This document shows positions 28,336 through 40,253 of a stretch of 64,000 bases of DNA, in pieces. Made by a program: the position numbers and the translations under genes. This DNA comes from Octopus vulgaris. Its lineage: Eukaryota. The DNA lies in contig OX597814.1 in assembly GCA_951406725.2 (NCBI GenBank), positions 42,346,001-42,410,000 of the forward strand, given 5' to 3'. Within the stretch, counting starts at the first letter, position 1. The number at the start of each line of letters is the position of its first letter. The notes below the pieces were generated by a model that had not been told where the DNA came from, searched no databases, and saw nothing but the letters and a program-made list of their open reading frames with translations.

Positions 28336-28424
<89 letters not shown>

Positions 28425-28663
28425 GAAAAAATGATATAATGTTTCAGTTTTGAATTAATAAAAGGTGTATTTTTCTAATTTATATGTATATATATATATA
28501 CGACGGGTTTCTTTCAGTTTCCATCTACCAAATTCTGTCACAAGTCTTTGGTCGGCCCGAGATATTAGTAGAAGACACTTGCCCAAGGCGGCACGCAGTG
28601 GGACTGATCACGGAGCCATGTGGTTGGAAAACAATCTACTTACCACACAGCCACTCCTGCGCC
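27872..28663 (-). mobile_element. SINE family C split at its internal (TA)n tract by unrelated sequence (~28155-28480)
   Basis: Tail half at 27872-28110 and head half at 28495-28663. Confidence 0.8.
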
Positions 28664-29557
28664 TATAATGCTGGAGTAATTCATAGTAATGAATGAATTA
28701 TAATTATTTGTTGTAGCAACTGTCAAAAGGCACTGACTCAGACGAGTCACGAAAGAGTGAACTTTGTTTGTATACGAATCGAATAGTCAAGTCTTTCTAG
28801 CTTTTCAAATGCAACATGAAATTAAATATAAATCAAATAAACTGTAATATCATTCTGTTACGGTTAACATGTGTAACGCTTCGAGGATTGGTCGATATCG
28901 AATATATAATTGCATGTGATTTATATTACACTGGACAAATGAACGAGAAACTATTGAGGGATATCGAAGACAAAACCTTCTCTTTTTGTGTTTATTTTTT
29001 TCTTTTCTAACTTTATCATACATAATTAAAGATTTCTCTAATAGAGGACAAGTTTTGTTGTAGTTTTGGAAATCGACAGGAATGCAATTGGCCCAATCAA
29101 ATGTGTGTTATTAATTATCCAATATAACAACAGAATCTTATATTATGCCACAAGCATTTTATGTCAACTGTGGTTAATTCCATTTTTAGGGTAATCACCG
29201 ACGAGGACCTCATATATGCATTTACATACACAAAAATGCATAAGTACAGACTTATATATCGACATGGTAAAGTTAAACATTTTTAGAATGAGAAATAATT
29301 CATTTTAGAAACTGTGAATACCGAATTGAATACACGTATTCTTTATTTATTATTCACAAAGCTATTATTTACAGCTGTATTTCCATCAAGATTCGGTGTT
29401 TCTAAAGAGAAGTACCGGGGTCACAATCGGTTGATGCTTCGTACCTATAGACAGTAACTTCCTTGTGTTAATTCATTTGTTTCAAGAAATTCGGAGGTTG
29501 AAATTTCAAGTTCCACCCGAGGAAACCGTTATTGTTTTTTTTTTTTTACTATTGCAC

Positions 29558-29686
29558 TGGCGCAGGAGTGATTTTGAGATAAAATATTGCTTCTTAACCA
29601 CAAGGTTTCAGGTTCAGATCATTGCCGACCAAATCCTTGTGAGTGGATTTGTTAGACTGAGACTGAAATAATGTATGTATGTTTTT

Positions 29687-29754
<68 letters not shown>

Positions 29755-29890
29755 TTGAGTCTGTCTCCCACCGCCGCTTAATAACTGGTGTTGATGTGAT
29801 AACATCACTGAAAACAAGGCTGTAAAAATTATAAGCACAGGGGTCAATTCTATTTACTAGAAATTCAGGAAGTTGATGTCGCAGCCTAAC
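29558..29890 (+). mobile_element. SINE family C, diverged/deleted copy
   Basis: ggcgcaggagtga...gccgaccaaatccttgtgagtggatttgttagac. Confidence 0.55.
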
Positions 29891-30770
29891 AACAGACTAA
29901 TGACTGACAGATGTAAAATATTAAAAAACTTATGCATATACAAACACGCGCATGCGCGTGTTCATCTACGTGTGCATAAGTGCCTCTGTGAATGCTTGTT
30001 ACTGATATATTTATTTTAAAATGAAATGGCCAGCTAGCTACTAGCCCAGACTTCTCTCTGATATGAATTATTGGGTAATGGAGCATAATGAAATGTGTTA
30101 CAGATTTATAATTTTAAAAAAATGGAGATGTACTTGCATAGCAAGTGACCTGATCTGAGATCGTGTGCTGGAACGAAAACAATTGCAGCGTGGAAGGTGT
30201 TTATAAGCCATTTAAGAAACACACAAAAACCGTTAGATTCATTTTAACATTTAAATTTGATTTGCCACTGTTCACTGACAAAATTCCCTGCTACATCACT
30301 TTCATATTGAAATTCTTTCATATTAAAATAACCGTTTCTAAGACGATAACATGAATACCAGTTTAGAATGGGAATAGATGTAATAGATTTAAACATTCGC
30401 CCGTAATTCCTGACAATGTGTCAAAATTCCAAACCAATATTTTCTTATTAAAATTGTCATCCTTGACAATATTTGAGGATCTCCCTCTAACGATTTTTCC
30501 TATTGTCTTGGCATGTTATATTTTCGCTGGGGCTTATTTATCATATATTTTACATCCATAATTAATTTCGCTTGCATAAAGGTACTTTTTTGATACAGAG
30601 TAAATTTCATTTCCATAGACATTGCGAAAGGCAGGTACGATTCCTTTTACTTATTTCAAAATGTGTGTATGCCATTCGTGTGATATTCTTATCTCTGTCT
30701 TTCTCTTTTTATTTCCTTCCGTCTGTATTTCTCTCTTCGTCCATCTTTCCGTTATGTCTGTGCGCGCACG

Positions 30771-30852
<82 letters not shown>

Positions 30853-31580
30853 TTTTCACATTCATATAAACAGTAAAGAGAAACGTGCGAGAAAAATCGA
30901 GATTCATAGAGAAAGGAACACGAACGAGAGAAATCAAGACAATATAATGTTCTCTACATTATATAAGTGCGATGAATCAAGACTGAGGCGTTTATATACA
31001 AATGTATCGCAAAAGTTACGTTTTCTTCAGTATATAAAATTATATTAAGAAGATATTACACGTAAGAAATGCATACAATAGTTTAATAAGCTAAATCAAT
31101 TGGGAAATTAATTTTAATTATGTATAGCCAGTTGGCTACTCTGCACAGCAATAAAATTGCTATCTCATATAATATGAAACTATTCATAAACGCTTTTGAT
31201 CTCTGGTGTAAATATGATTCGCTGAATCGTTTGATATAGTGGTGAACTTGCGTCAATTAAAAGTCAAATTTAACGCAGAGTTGGTAAATCTACGAATATA
31301 TTCATGTACTCAGCAAAGTCAGCTTGATGAAAGGAAATTTTAAATTGGAAATTACAAAGTTAATCAATGTTTTCTTTATAATGTAACTTCCAAAAATGGC
31401 TGGTTTCATCTTTCATACAAAGGCCTGATATACACACATGCCCACTTGCATATTATATGGGTAAGATCTTGTACGTAAGCAAAAACGCATATTTGCGCAC
31501 ACACATAAAGTATCTACATACGCACGTGAACACACACACACACACACACATATATATATGAATGCATATATGTATGTATG

Positions 31581-31651
<71 letters not shown>

Positions 31652-32052
31652 ATATAAGTAATCATAAAGGCGTACACATATTTTATGTATTATGTGCATA
31701 AATGTGTGTGTCCATGTGTGTGAATATGTGTTTCTTTGTGTGTGTGTGTGTGTGTGTATGGATACATCCATACATAAGTAACTGAAGTGGTATATATTGC
31801 TAGAGATCTCAAAGAAAGTCGTTGACCCAAATGATTTGAGAAGAATGTGGAAGAAACATTGACAACTTCTCTAGAAGATTTTCAACAAAAGTATAAGAAA
31901 TTCCCCGAATATCATTGCTTCCAGTGAAACTCTCATAGATTGGTGTTTAGAGTGTAAATAGAAAATTAAAGAGATTGATTAACAGAAAATGCTCGGATGG
32001 CAGTGCAACGAGATTATTTATAACTTACTTATATATGGACATTCAGATACAA

Positions 32053-32083
<31 letters not shown>

Positions 32084-34179
32084 CTTCTTTGAAGTATTTG
32101 GTTGTAAAATATTGCTTGTGCATGAAGCGGGAGGTTTCATCTCTAACATGTTGTTACATGTTGATTGTATAATCTTTAGTTTTTCAGTAATATAGATTTC
32201 ACATAAGTTACACCGTTCTCCGTATATTTTCACTTTAGCAATAATTTTCCATTGTATTTTGGGTGTTGTTTATTCCACCTTTTTTCAATACTCATACCAT
32301 ATTTGTCAGAAATGGTGCATGTTTTTAAAATTTTTTTCTGTGATTGATGCCAAGTGTTATGTATACCTTTCCATATCTTTCCTTAGCACACCGGGTAAAA
32401 TGCTGAACAACATTACATCTATTATTACGTTCGGAGTCCAAATTCCACTGAGGTCTTATTTGTCTTTCATCTGTTCAGGGTCGATAAAATGAATACCAGT
32501 TTAACACTGAGAGTCACTGTAATCGATTTTGAAACCGATATTATCGCTCATGTAAACAATTATTCTTCCCTGTGTTAAGAAGTAGGAAACCCATATTTCA
32601 ATGTATCATAGAAACTACCGTTTACCGATATTTCGGATGTGCTCCTTATACTAAATATATTTGCAAATTTAATAAAATTGACGAAAATGTTGTTTTACGA
32701 AAATGATAGGTTCGTTGCGTAACGTCACTTGAGGAAGTATGGCTGAAAGAACTTCGAATTAAAATATTGGACTTTCTAAATAATAGATCAACAAGTTACA
32801 ATGAATAGAAATTTGAAATTAATTAACTTTTTAGTTGGAACATTATATTTAATGTCAAATGTCAGCGGAATCGTAACCTCAACATATACTCAAGAAGAGA
32901 CGTGAAATATCCGTTCCTGATGATAAATATCACTCCAGATACAATTACATGATATATGTCTTACTATATTACATCTAAAATTATTTTTAGTGTCTTTGTT
33001 TAATTTCAATCTGTTGTAGTTGTTTTTGAAATTATTGTAACGACAAGCTGAAATAAATAACGCGATTGAAAACAAATTGTAAAAGCAGAAATCTAAAATA
33101 TATCTGATTTGCAGTCCTCATACTTCAAGTAAAAGACAAATATATGAAGTATTTAAAAAGAAAATTTCGTGATTCACATATTATGTAAGTGAATTTGATA
33201 TTAAACGTGTTCCTAATCAGAAAAAATCTATTCTTTCCTTGAAGTGGGAGTAAAAGCTTAAAGAAAGAAACGACATGCATTTTGAAGGGACTTGAAATTA
33301 GAAGTATTAAAGGAAAATTCAATGTTGAATTACAGTGAAATATCGAACGTTATTTTGAATTCAAATCATTTCAATTTGTAGCTCTGCATTTATGCATTCA
33401 ATCTGCCAAACGAATTAAGGAAGAAAAGAAGTAGGACAATAGAAAGTATCGAAATATAACCTTGAATATCAATGAAATTACATTTATTTGCTACTTACCC
33501 ATGACTTCTAGAAAGAAATAGGATTCTACAAATCATATAATACTTAAACTAAATAATAACGTGCCAAAATACTGAATAGATAAAAGAATCAAATGGATTG
33601 AGAATAATAAAAGATTAGCGAAATAAACGGTGGTAATACAAATGAAGTAAAGGTTATGGAATTGGAGAAAAGTTGTTAAAAATTGTCTGGTAAACTCAAG
33701 AATTAATGAGGTAACATTTGATAAAATAAAGTCCACGCATGAGGTAATTTATAAATATAAATACTTTCAATCCGTAGTCGTGAATAAATGCAGGAAATGA
33801 ATATGCGTAGCAACACATTTAAGAAAAAATATAAACTTCAAAACCAGAGGTAAAAATCGCAACAGGTAAAATAAAATCAATAAGATATTTATGAGTGTAT
33901 TTAATATTCATATAAATAGGTGTGTATCAATTTTGGTTCTCGTTCTATATATTCGTGCATGGATGAATATATGTATGTGTCTGAGTGGATGTGTGTGTGT
34001 GTGTGTGTGTGCGTGTGCGTGCGTGTTCAAATCCCACTGCAGTCGCTCCCTACGTGTCGGTGTAATTGACTCAGCGAGCGCTGGTGTAAACAAATTGCAA
34101 ACTGTTGTTGTAGGCAACCCGCAGTACGTCGGATGATGTGACGCCGTTATGTTCACAGCTATAATAGTCACACACCAAA

Positions 34180-34580
34180 TGTTTTCATAGAAGCCACCAT
34201 CTCAGCACTGATCAACTGTTAATTTTCAGGTTGAGTTGCACCTTAATTCGTATGTAGAGTGGTCGTACTGTACTTCCGATGTAGCAATTGTGGCATTTGG
34301 AGCATCGTATTTAGTACATGGGCACATAGTAGAGTCTCGAATTGGGACGGTCTCGAATTTGCCAATAGAATGTCGAGTTCTTCCCTGCGGATAGTCTTGT
34401 AGATGGCGGAGGCGGTCGTACCATTGATGTGGAGGATTGTCTAGAAGCAGGTTTTAGAAAGATTTCACTTGCCACGTAGCATTCGCCTATGTGTTCGTAT
34501 GACGTTTGTAACGTACATCAGATATCCATTGGCCTCAAGAGCATTTAAAAACTAAGTAACATTTGCGTCTCGGGTGGTGT
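34180..34580 (-). mobile_element. Decayed PLE GIY-YIG endonuclease fragment
   Basis: Minus strand reads IRCSKCHNCYIGSTVRPLYIRIK at ~34245-34315. Confidence 0.6.
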
Positions 34581-34639
34581 TGTCACATCATCTTTCGTAT
34601 ATCAGGGCGATCACGTTACGGCAGCCAGATTTACTGTAG

Positions 34640-35160
34640 AACAACGTGTCAATTTTCCTCTTATCTTGAATAATTACTTCAGTGCGCCCAGGAAGAGATG
34701 CGTACAAATCCCTCACCATCTTCGCAGGTATGAGATAGCATTCTCTGTTTGAGCTCTCACAACTTTTCAAGTTTGCGTGGATTCTTTTAAAGCATACTTC
34801 TCTTTAATTTTGTCCACATTTGCTCGATTATATTTAAGTCAGGGCTCTTATCTGACTAATCTTTCAATACGGTAACATCAGCATCAGCCAGACTCTATTT
34901 GTGTTGCACGGGATCTGTGTCATGGAGCTCCGTCATGCTGAAAAATGTCACAATCATCCCAATCTGGCATCAAATTGTCCTCCTGCAACTGGATGTTTTG
35001 ACACTGTTCAAGTTGCTGTCAATTTTAACCAACTTTTTTGAACCATCACCTTTTGTGTATCCCCAAAACGTCAGACACCTACCTCGATCTTCACTGTTTT
35101 CATCGTGTAACATGGGTCGTTTCGTTTCCTAGTAAGCGAGAATTTGTCAGAAAGCATCCA
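34640..35160 (-). mobile_element. Tc1-family transposase relic
   Basis: Minus strand DIFQHDGAP*H (~34920-34950) and SPDLNIIEQMWTKLK (~34803-34848). Confidence 0.7.
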
Positions 35161-35499
35161 AGAAAGCGAAACGAGAGAGAAAGACTTTGGTCTACGTAGA
35201 TAACCTGTAATTTGTTTTGCGGTAGCCAATATTGAACTGTAGCCGATGTTAATGTTATATACCTGGGGTATCAGCGGTCAGTGGTTTGATGCTCACCATG
35301 ATGGCGTACCTCTGACGGCACCCATAAGTTTGTGTTTTCTATTGATAGATACTGTAGGTCGGTGGACAACATGCAGTCCTTGTTTTTGGACGGTGAGTAA
35401 GTAGAAAATAGCTGGTGATAATAATATAAATATATTATTGCTGTTGCTTTTGTTATCATCATCATCATCATCATTATTTTCATTATTATTAGGCTGTGA

Positions 35500-35705
35500 G
35501 TTGGCACAATCATTAGCACGCTAAGCAAATTGCTTAGTGGCGTTTCGTTTGTCGTTACATTCTGAGTTCAAATTCCGCTGAGAACGACTTTGCCATTCAT
35601 CCTGTAGAGGACGATAAATTAATTACCAGTTGCGTACTGGAGCAAATCCAATCGACTGACCCTCTCCTCCAAAATGTCAGGCCTTGTGCCTATAGTAGAA
35701 AAGAT
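35500..35705 (+). mobile_element. SINE family D with (TTA)n tail
   Basis: gagttcaaattccgctgagaacgactttgccattcatcc...gataaattaattaccag. Confidence 0.7.
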
Positions 35706-35714
35706 TATTATTAT

Positions 35715-35754
<40 letters not shown>

Positions 35755-35777
35755 ATTATTATTATTTTTATTATCAC

Positions 35778-35811
<34 letters not shown>

Positions 35812-36605
35812 TCGTTTAGGCATAACGATATTGATAGTGTATATGTTTCAAGAAAATGGGTCACACGAGTATAGTGCATTAACAAGAAATTAAAATACGA
35901 AGTGAAAAAGAAACCGTGCAATGAATTTGTTTAGCTTACAGCTGTCTCAGCTATACAATGCAAATACAGAGTGATACATTAACACTTAAATATGAGAGTA
36001 TTCCATCTTTTAGCAAAATCAGCTGTACGCAAATGTAGATCATAATATAATTTCTTATTCCACTGTTATTTTAATTTCTTTTATCTAGATTTACATATCC
36101 CTATGCATTAATACTTGTATGTATGTGTATTTATAATAATAAGTGACAAAATGTAGTTCTATGCATGTAATATATACATATACAACATTCTTTCGAGGAT
36201 ACGTGGTGTTATTTATTCATAAAGTCTACAATGCAATAGAAAATTTAGTTTTAGACACCAAATTTTGATGTTAAAGACATAAACAAATATCTGACAAAGG
36301 AAATTTCAAATTTTACAATGAGATTTTTTATTGTTTTTCAATTGCCAAACTAACAACTTCCTGTTTGCGACTTATGCCAAATCCTGTATGACTGCTTGTT
36401 TACATCACTGATATTATGAGTGACATCTAAGTGTTTCTAAAAGTATTCATGTGTGTATGTCTAAGTGTATATGTTTGTATGTGCGTCTGTGTGTATTTCT
36501 ATATGTGCATATATGTATGTATGTATGTACATATATCTGTATATTGATAGATAGGCAGACAGATAGAGAGATAGAGAGATAGATAGATGGATAGATAGAT
36601 AGATT

Positions 36606-36649
<44 letters not shown>

Positions 36650-36652
<3 letters not shown>

Positions 36653-37040
36653 TGTACAAGGAATCACGAGGAAAAGCAAAACTGTAAATGGCAACAAAGA
36701 GGAATGGACCGCGGAGCGGCATAAACGGGGGTAGTTTGGGTTGGATGTAATTACACAAGGGAAACTATCTTTGCAGGTAAAGAGTAGGAAAGATTAGAAA
36801 TCACGGAGAAAGAAGGTGGGTAGTTTAATCTGATTCAGAGATACGAAATAAGACCATATACTAAATAATGTTACGACGAGGGAATTGGTGTATACGTAAG
36901 CAGGTGATATCTGCGGCGTGTTGTAGGGGATATAAACTACAAGTGGGTTCCAATGTGGGTTCATGAGAGGAAGGTGTTTGCTGGTGTTCTCATAATAGAT
37001 AGGGCGATAGTTCGTGAGATACAGAGGCACATTGATATCT
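36650..37040 (-). mobile_element. Possible highly decayed PLE RT fragment
   Basis: C-rich minus strand with DIT...YTN and NYIQ-like remnants in the order seen in PLE RTs. Confidence 0.3.
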
Positions 37041-37279
37041 GCATATGTATGTACTGAAAAATTAAGATGTGAAAAGTTGAAATGTACTCAACTGATCAAT
37101 AGACTGAGTAAACCCATTAGTACCGAGCATATAATGACAACAGCAAACAGTTATGAGTCAAATTTACTCCAGTAAAGCAAACATATGTAATGAACATTAT
37201 ATTTGCTCTGTCTTGCATATGTGTGTGTGTGTTTGCGTATGTGCGCGTGTATGTATGTGTGTATGTATCTTTGAATGTA

Positions 37280-37348
<69 letters not shown>

Positions 37349-37430
37349 TATTTCTACCTACATTCTCTTATTTCCTTCTATGTTCCTTATGTTTTCCATA
37401 ATAATTCGAACTGAAATATATTCTCACACC

Positions 37431-37478
37431 GTCTTTGATGAAGGGAGCGCCATAATATCCCCAAAACAGCTGTAAAAC
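37431..37478 (+). ncRNA. Inactivated hammerhead motif in a pLTR-like fragment
   Basis: gtct-tTGATGA-aggga...tccc-c-aAAA-cagctg(palindrome)-TA-aaac; two core substitutions. Confidence 0.4.
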
Positions 37479-37924
37479 TAATTTATTATAAATGCTCTCA
37501 AAACTCTCAGCCTTGGATTTGTTATCTCATTTTGTCTAATATATATATATGTATATATGCTTTCATTATCAGCTAATATCTTGATTTAAGTATTCCTTTA
37601 CCAAACCTCAGGATATTGCTTCTAATAAATCTTGATTTTTATGATTATACCCACTATGATTTCTGTCTACTCCTAACAAGCAATGTCCCTTGTTCTCTCG
37701 GCATTAGATATTATAGAATTTGATAAAACTAGTCTATAAATTAAAACTGACCCCATAAAATACAAGCCAAAATCTGAAATACGTCTTTTTTTCTGATACC
37801 TAAGTAGCTTCTAAGCCGAAGCGAAGGCAGCACGCTCTCTGTCTATCTCCTGAACTTGTAGATTTTAGATGAAATTATACTTATGAGTCCATCTGTTTTA
37901 ATTTAATTAAATTCTATGTTTTTG

Positions 37925-38010
37925 TGCAGCTGAAGATTGCTCTGCATTTAAATTGATGTAATGATTGCAATTTTCAATTAAATGGAGTTGCGTGAAACGA
38001 TCGTACTGCA
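37925..38010 (+). ncRNA. Type I hammerhead ribozyme (canonical core) near the end of a pLTR-like fragment (~37560-38050)
   Basis: tgcag-CTGAAGA-long stem II (catttaaattga/tcaattaaatg)-GAAA-cgatcg-TA-ctgca; palindromic stem III acgatcgt, GUA triplet. Confidence 0.8.
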
Positions 38011-38051
38011 TTACCTCTGGATACCCTTGTTGCTTATTTTGATTTTAATCA

Positions 38052-38111
<60 letters not shown>

Positions 38112-38115
<4 letters not shown>

Positions 38116-38861
38116 AATAATTCTCTAAAAGAGATATAGACAGTAACTGCTCGATAACATAAGGGACTAAAGCCATCTGAATATGGCTAGGGACAGGGCA
38201 GGGGGGTGGGGGTGTTACTGTTGCATTTAGCCCCAGGCGAACATCGACGTCACCAGAAAGGCTCGACACCGTCACGGTGCCCTTAACCTCCCTTTGCAGG
38301 CAATACACCTTGAAACCATGGTCCGTGTGTGGTTTCCGCTTCATCGGGGAATTACCTCCCTTTGCAGGTTAAGGGCACCGTGACGGTGTCGAGCCTTTCT
38401 GGTGACGTCGATGTTCGCCTGGGGCTAAATGCAACAGTAACACCCCCACCACCCTGCCCTGTCCCTAGCCATATTCAGATGGCTTTAGTCCCTTATGTTA
38501 TCGAGCAGTTACTGTCTATATCTCTTTTAGAGAATTATTATTGCTTTCGAACAGATTTTCGAAATCAGCAAATGTATTTTGCTTGAAAATCTATATATGA
38601 ATATCCTGCAGAGTGAGAATTCGTCGAGGAAGCGGAAGCCTACCACACGCCGACGATAGGCAATACACCTTGAAACCATGGTCCGTGTGTGGTTTCCGCT
38701 TCATCGGGGAATTACCTCCCTTTGCAGGTTAAGGGCACCGTGACGGTGTCGAGCCTTTCTGGTGACGTCGATGTTCGCCTGGGGCTAAATGCAACAGTAA
38801 CACCCCCACCACCCTGCCCTGTCCCTAGCCATATTCAGATGGCTTTAGTCCCTTATGTTAT
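38112..38861 (+). mobile_element. Candidate non-LTR retrozyme: ~1.6 tandem copies of a 360-nt HHR-containing unit preceded by a 178-bp inverted segment
   Basis: 38298-38501 equals 38658-38861 (period 360); 38112-38289 is the reverse complement of 38366-38543 (1 mismatch); (TA)n on both sides. Confidence 0.8.
38605..38728 (+). ncRNA. Type I hammerhead ribozyme on a ~45-nt extended stem I
   Basis: cacacg-CCGACGA-t-agg(caataca)cct-t-GAAA-ccatg-GTC-cgtgtg; stem I continues gaagcggaagcc/ggtttccgcttc, aattc/gaatt, cctgcagag/ctttgcagg; predicted cut after 38683. Confidence 0.85.
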
Positions 38862-39061
38862 ATATATATATATATATATATAGATATATATATATATAGG
38901 TGTGTGTGATTGTGTATAGAAGAATATATTAATAAAAATAATTCCAACCTTGTCTGATTTTCACGTTTTATTTACAATCTTATAATGATATATTATAAGA
39001 TAATATATTATAATTGAATAAAATAAAATGAAATAGTAGAATGTTAAATATTCATTCTGAT

Positions 39062-39106
39062 TGAACTAGTACTTTCATGCATTGAATTCTGCAATCTTCG
39101 GGTTCA
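39062..39106 (-). ncRNA. Minimal hammerhead ribozyme in the inverted pLTR
   Basis: Reverse complement of 42763-42807. Confidence 0.7.
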
Positions 39107-39600
39107 TGTAGTAGTGTTGACAGTCATGCTTCACAATTTTTGACTGTAGCAAGATGAGTGATTCTGTGCTATAAATACAGCTGGGTAGGCTCCAGAGTGC
39201 TAGGTTTTGCAAACTGTATTCTGACCAATCAGTGTGTAGTATCACTCAATTACTTAAGCTGATTGGTTGGTTGAGCTGATTGGTTTAGGCATCAGGCTTT
39301 GTTGGACAGGTCAAGAGTCCTGTATCTTGACCCTGGCCGAAGCAGCAATTGTTGGGTTATTTTTAGAAATGTTGTAAATATCCTTTGTCACAGATTTTTA
39401 TATTTTTATATTTCAATTGTCATCATCATCATTGTCAGCACCTTAATTATTGTTGCTAGTGGTGATGGTGGTGGCAATAGAACTTTTAACCCTAAATAAG
39501 ATAATTTTCCTGCTATCTTCGTCTTGATCACCTTTAGTATTGTTGTTGTTGTTAGTGGTCATGGTCGTAGCAGTGGAAGTAATACCTCTAAGTATTATTA

Positions 39601-40240
39601 TTATTGCTTATTTAGCTTGGGTTCGAATTTATCAATAAAATTCTTTTCTCTGATTTTCCTCTCGATTTCACTTGGGCTGTGTAATTTGTAGAATGGAAAT
39701 ATTATATATATTTTCCGACCACATGTTGCTAGGTGGTTACTCAAAGGTATCTGACGGACCTCTGGGTCTCTAATCTGTTGCCGGTGTACACGTGAGCGTT
39801 CTAATAGTGCGTTTCCCGTCTGACCTACATATATTTCTTCACAATTTGGGCATTTGATGCAGTAAATTAAATTTCTGCTTTTGCAGTTCATATTCGCGTT
39901 TGTGAATATTTTCCCGGTTTTTGTGTTTATATATTGACCGGTATGTATGAATTGGCATGTGCCACATCGGCTATCATTGCATTTAGATACCGTGAATGTT
40001 TGGTCTTTGTTGCTGAGGTCAAATTTTGCCTTTGTTAGTAATGTTTTCAAGTTCTTAGGCTGTCTTTTACTAAGCACCATAGCTCGATCCTTGATTATGT
40101 CTTTTAATTCATTACTTTGGGCAATGATTGGTAGGTTTGCTTTGGCAATGTTGAAGATATTCTGGTGACATGGGTTGTGTGTCACTATGAATGGTATGAC
40201 TTGTTCTTGTTTTCCTCTTCCTTGGGTTGTCCTAAGTTGT
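39601..40240 (-). pseudogene. Inverted duplicate of the PLE linker and GIY-YIG coding region
   Basis: Translation identical to the C-terminal part of ORF 40254..42269. Confidence 0.9.
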
Positions 40241-40253
40241 AGAAATAACTACC

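Noticed and set aside
38045-38883. Three similar short ORFs (VKGTVTVSSLSGDVDVRLG...)
   Set aside because: They repeat only because the DNA is duplicated and inverted; non-ATG starts and no recognisable family; the RNA structure explains the sequence better
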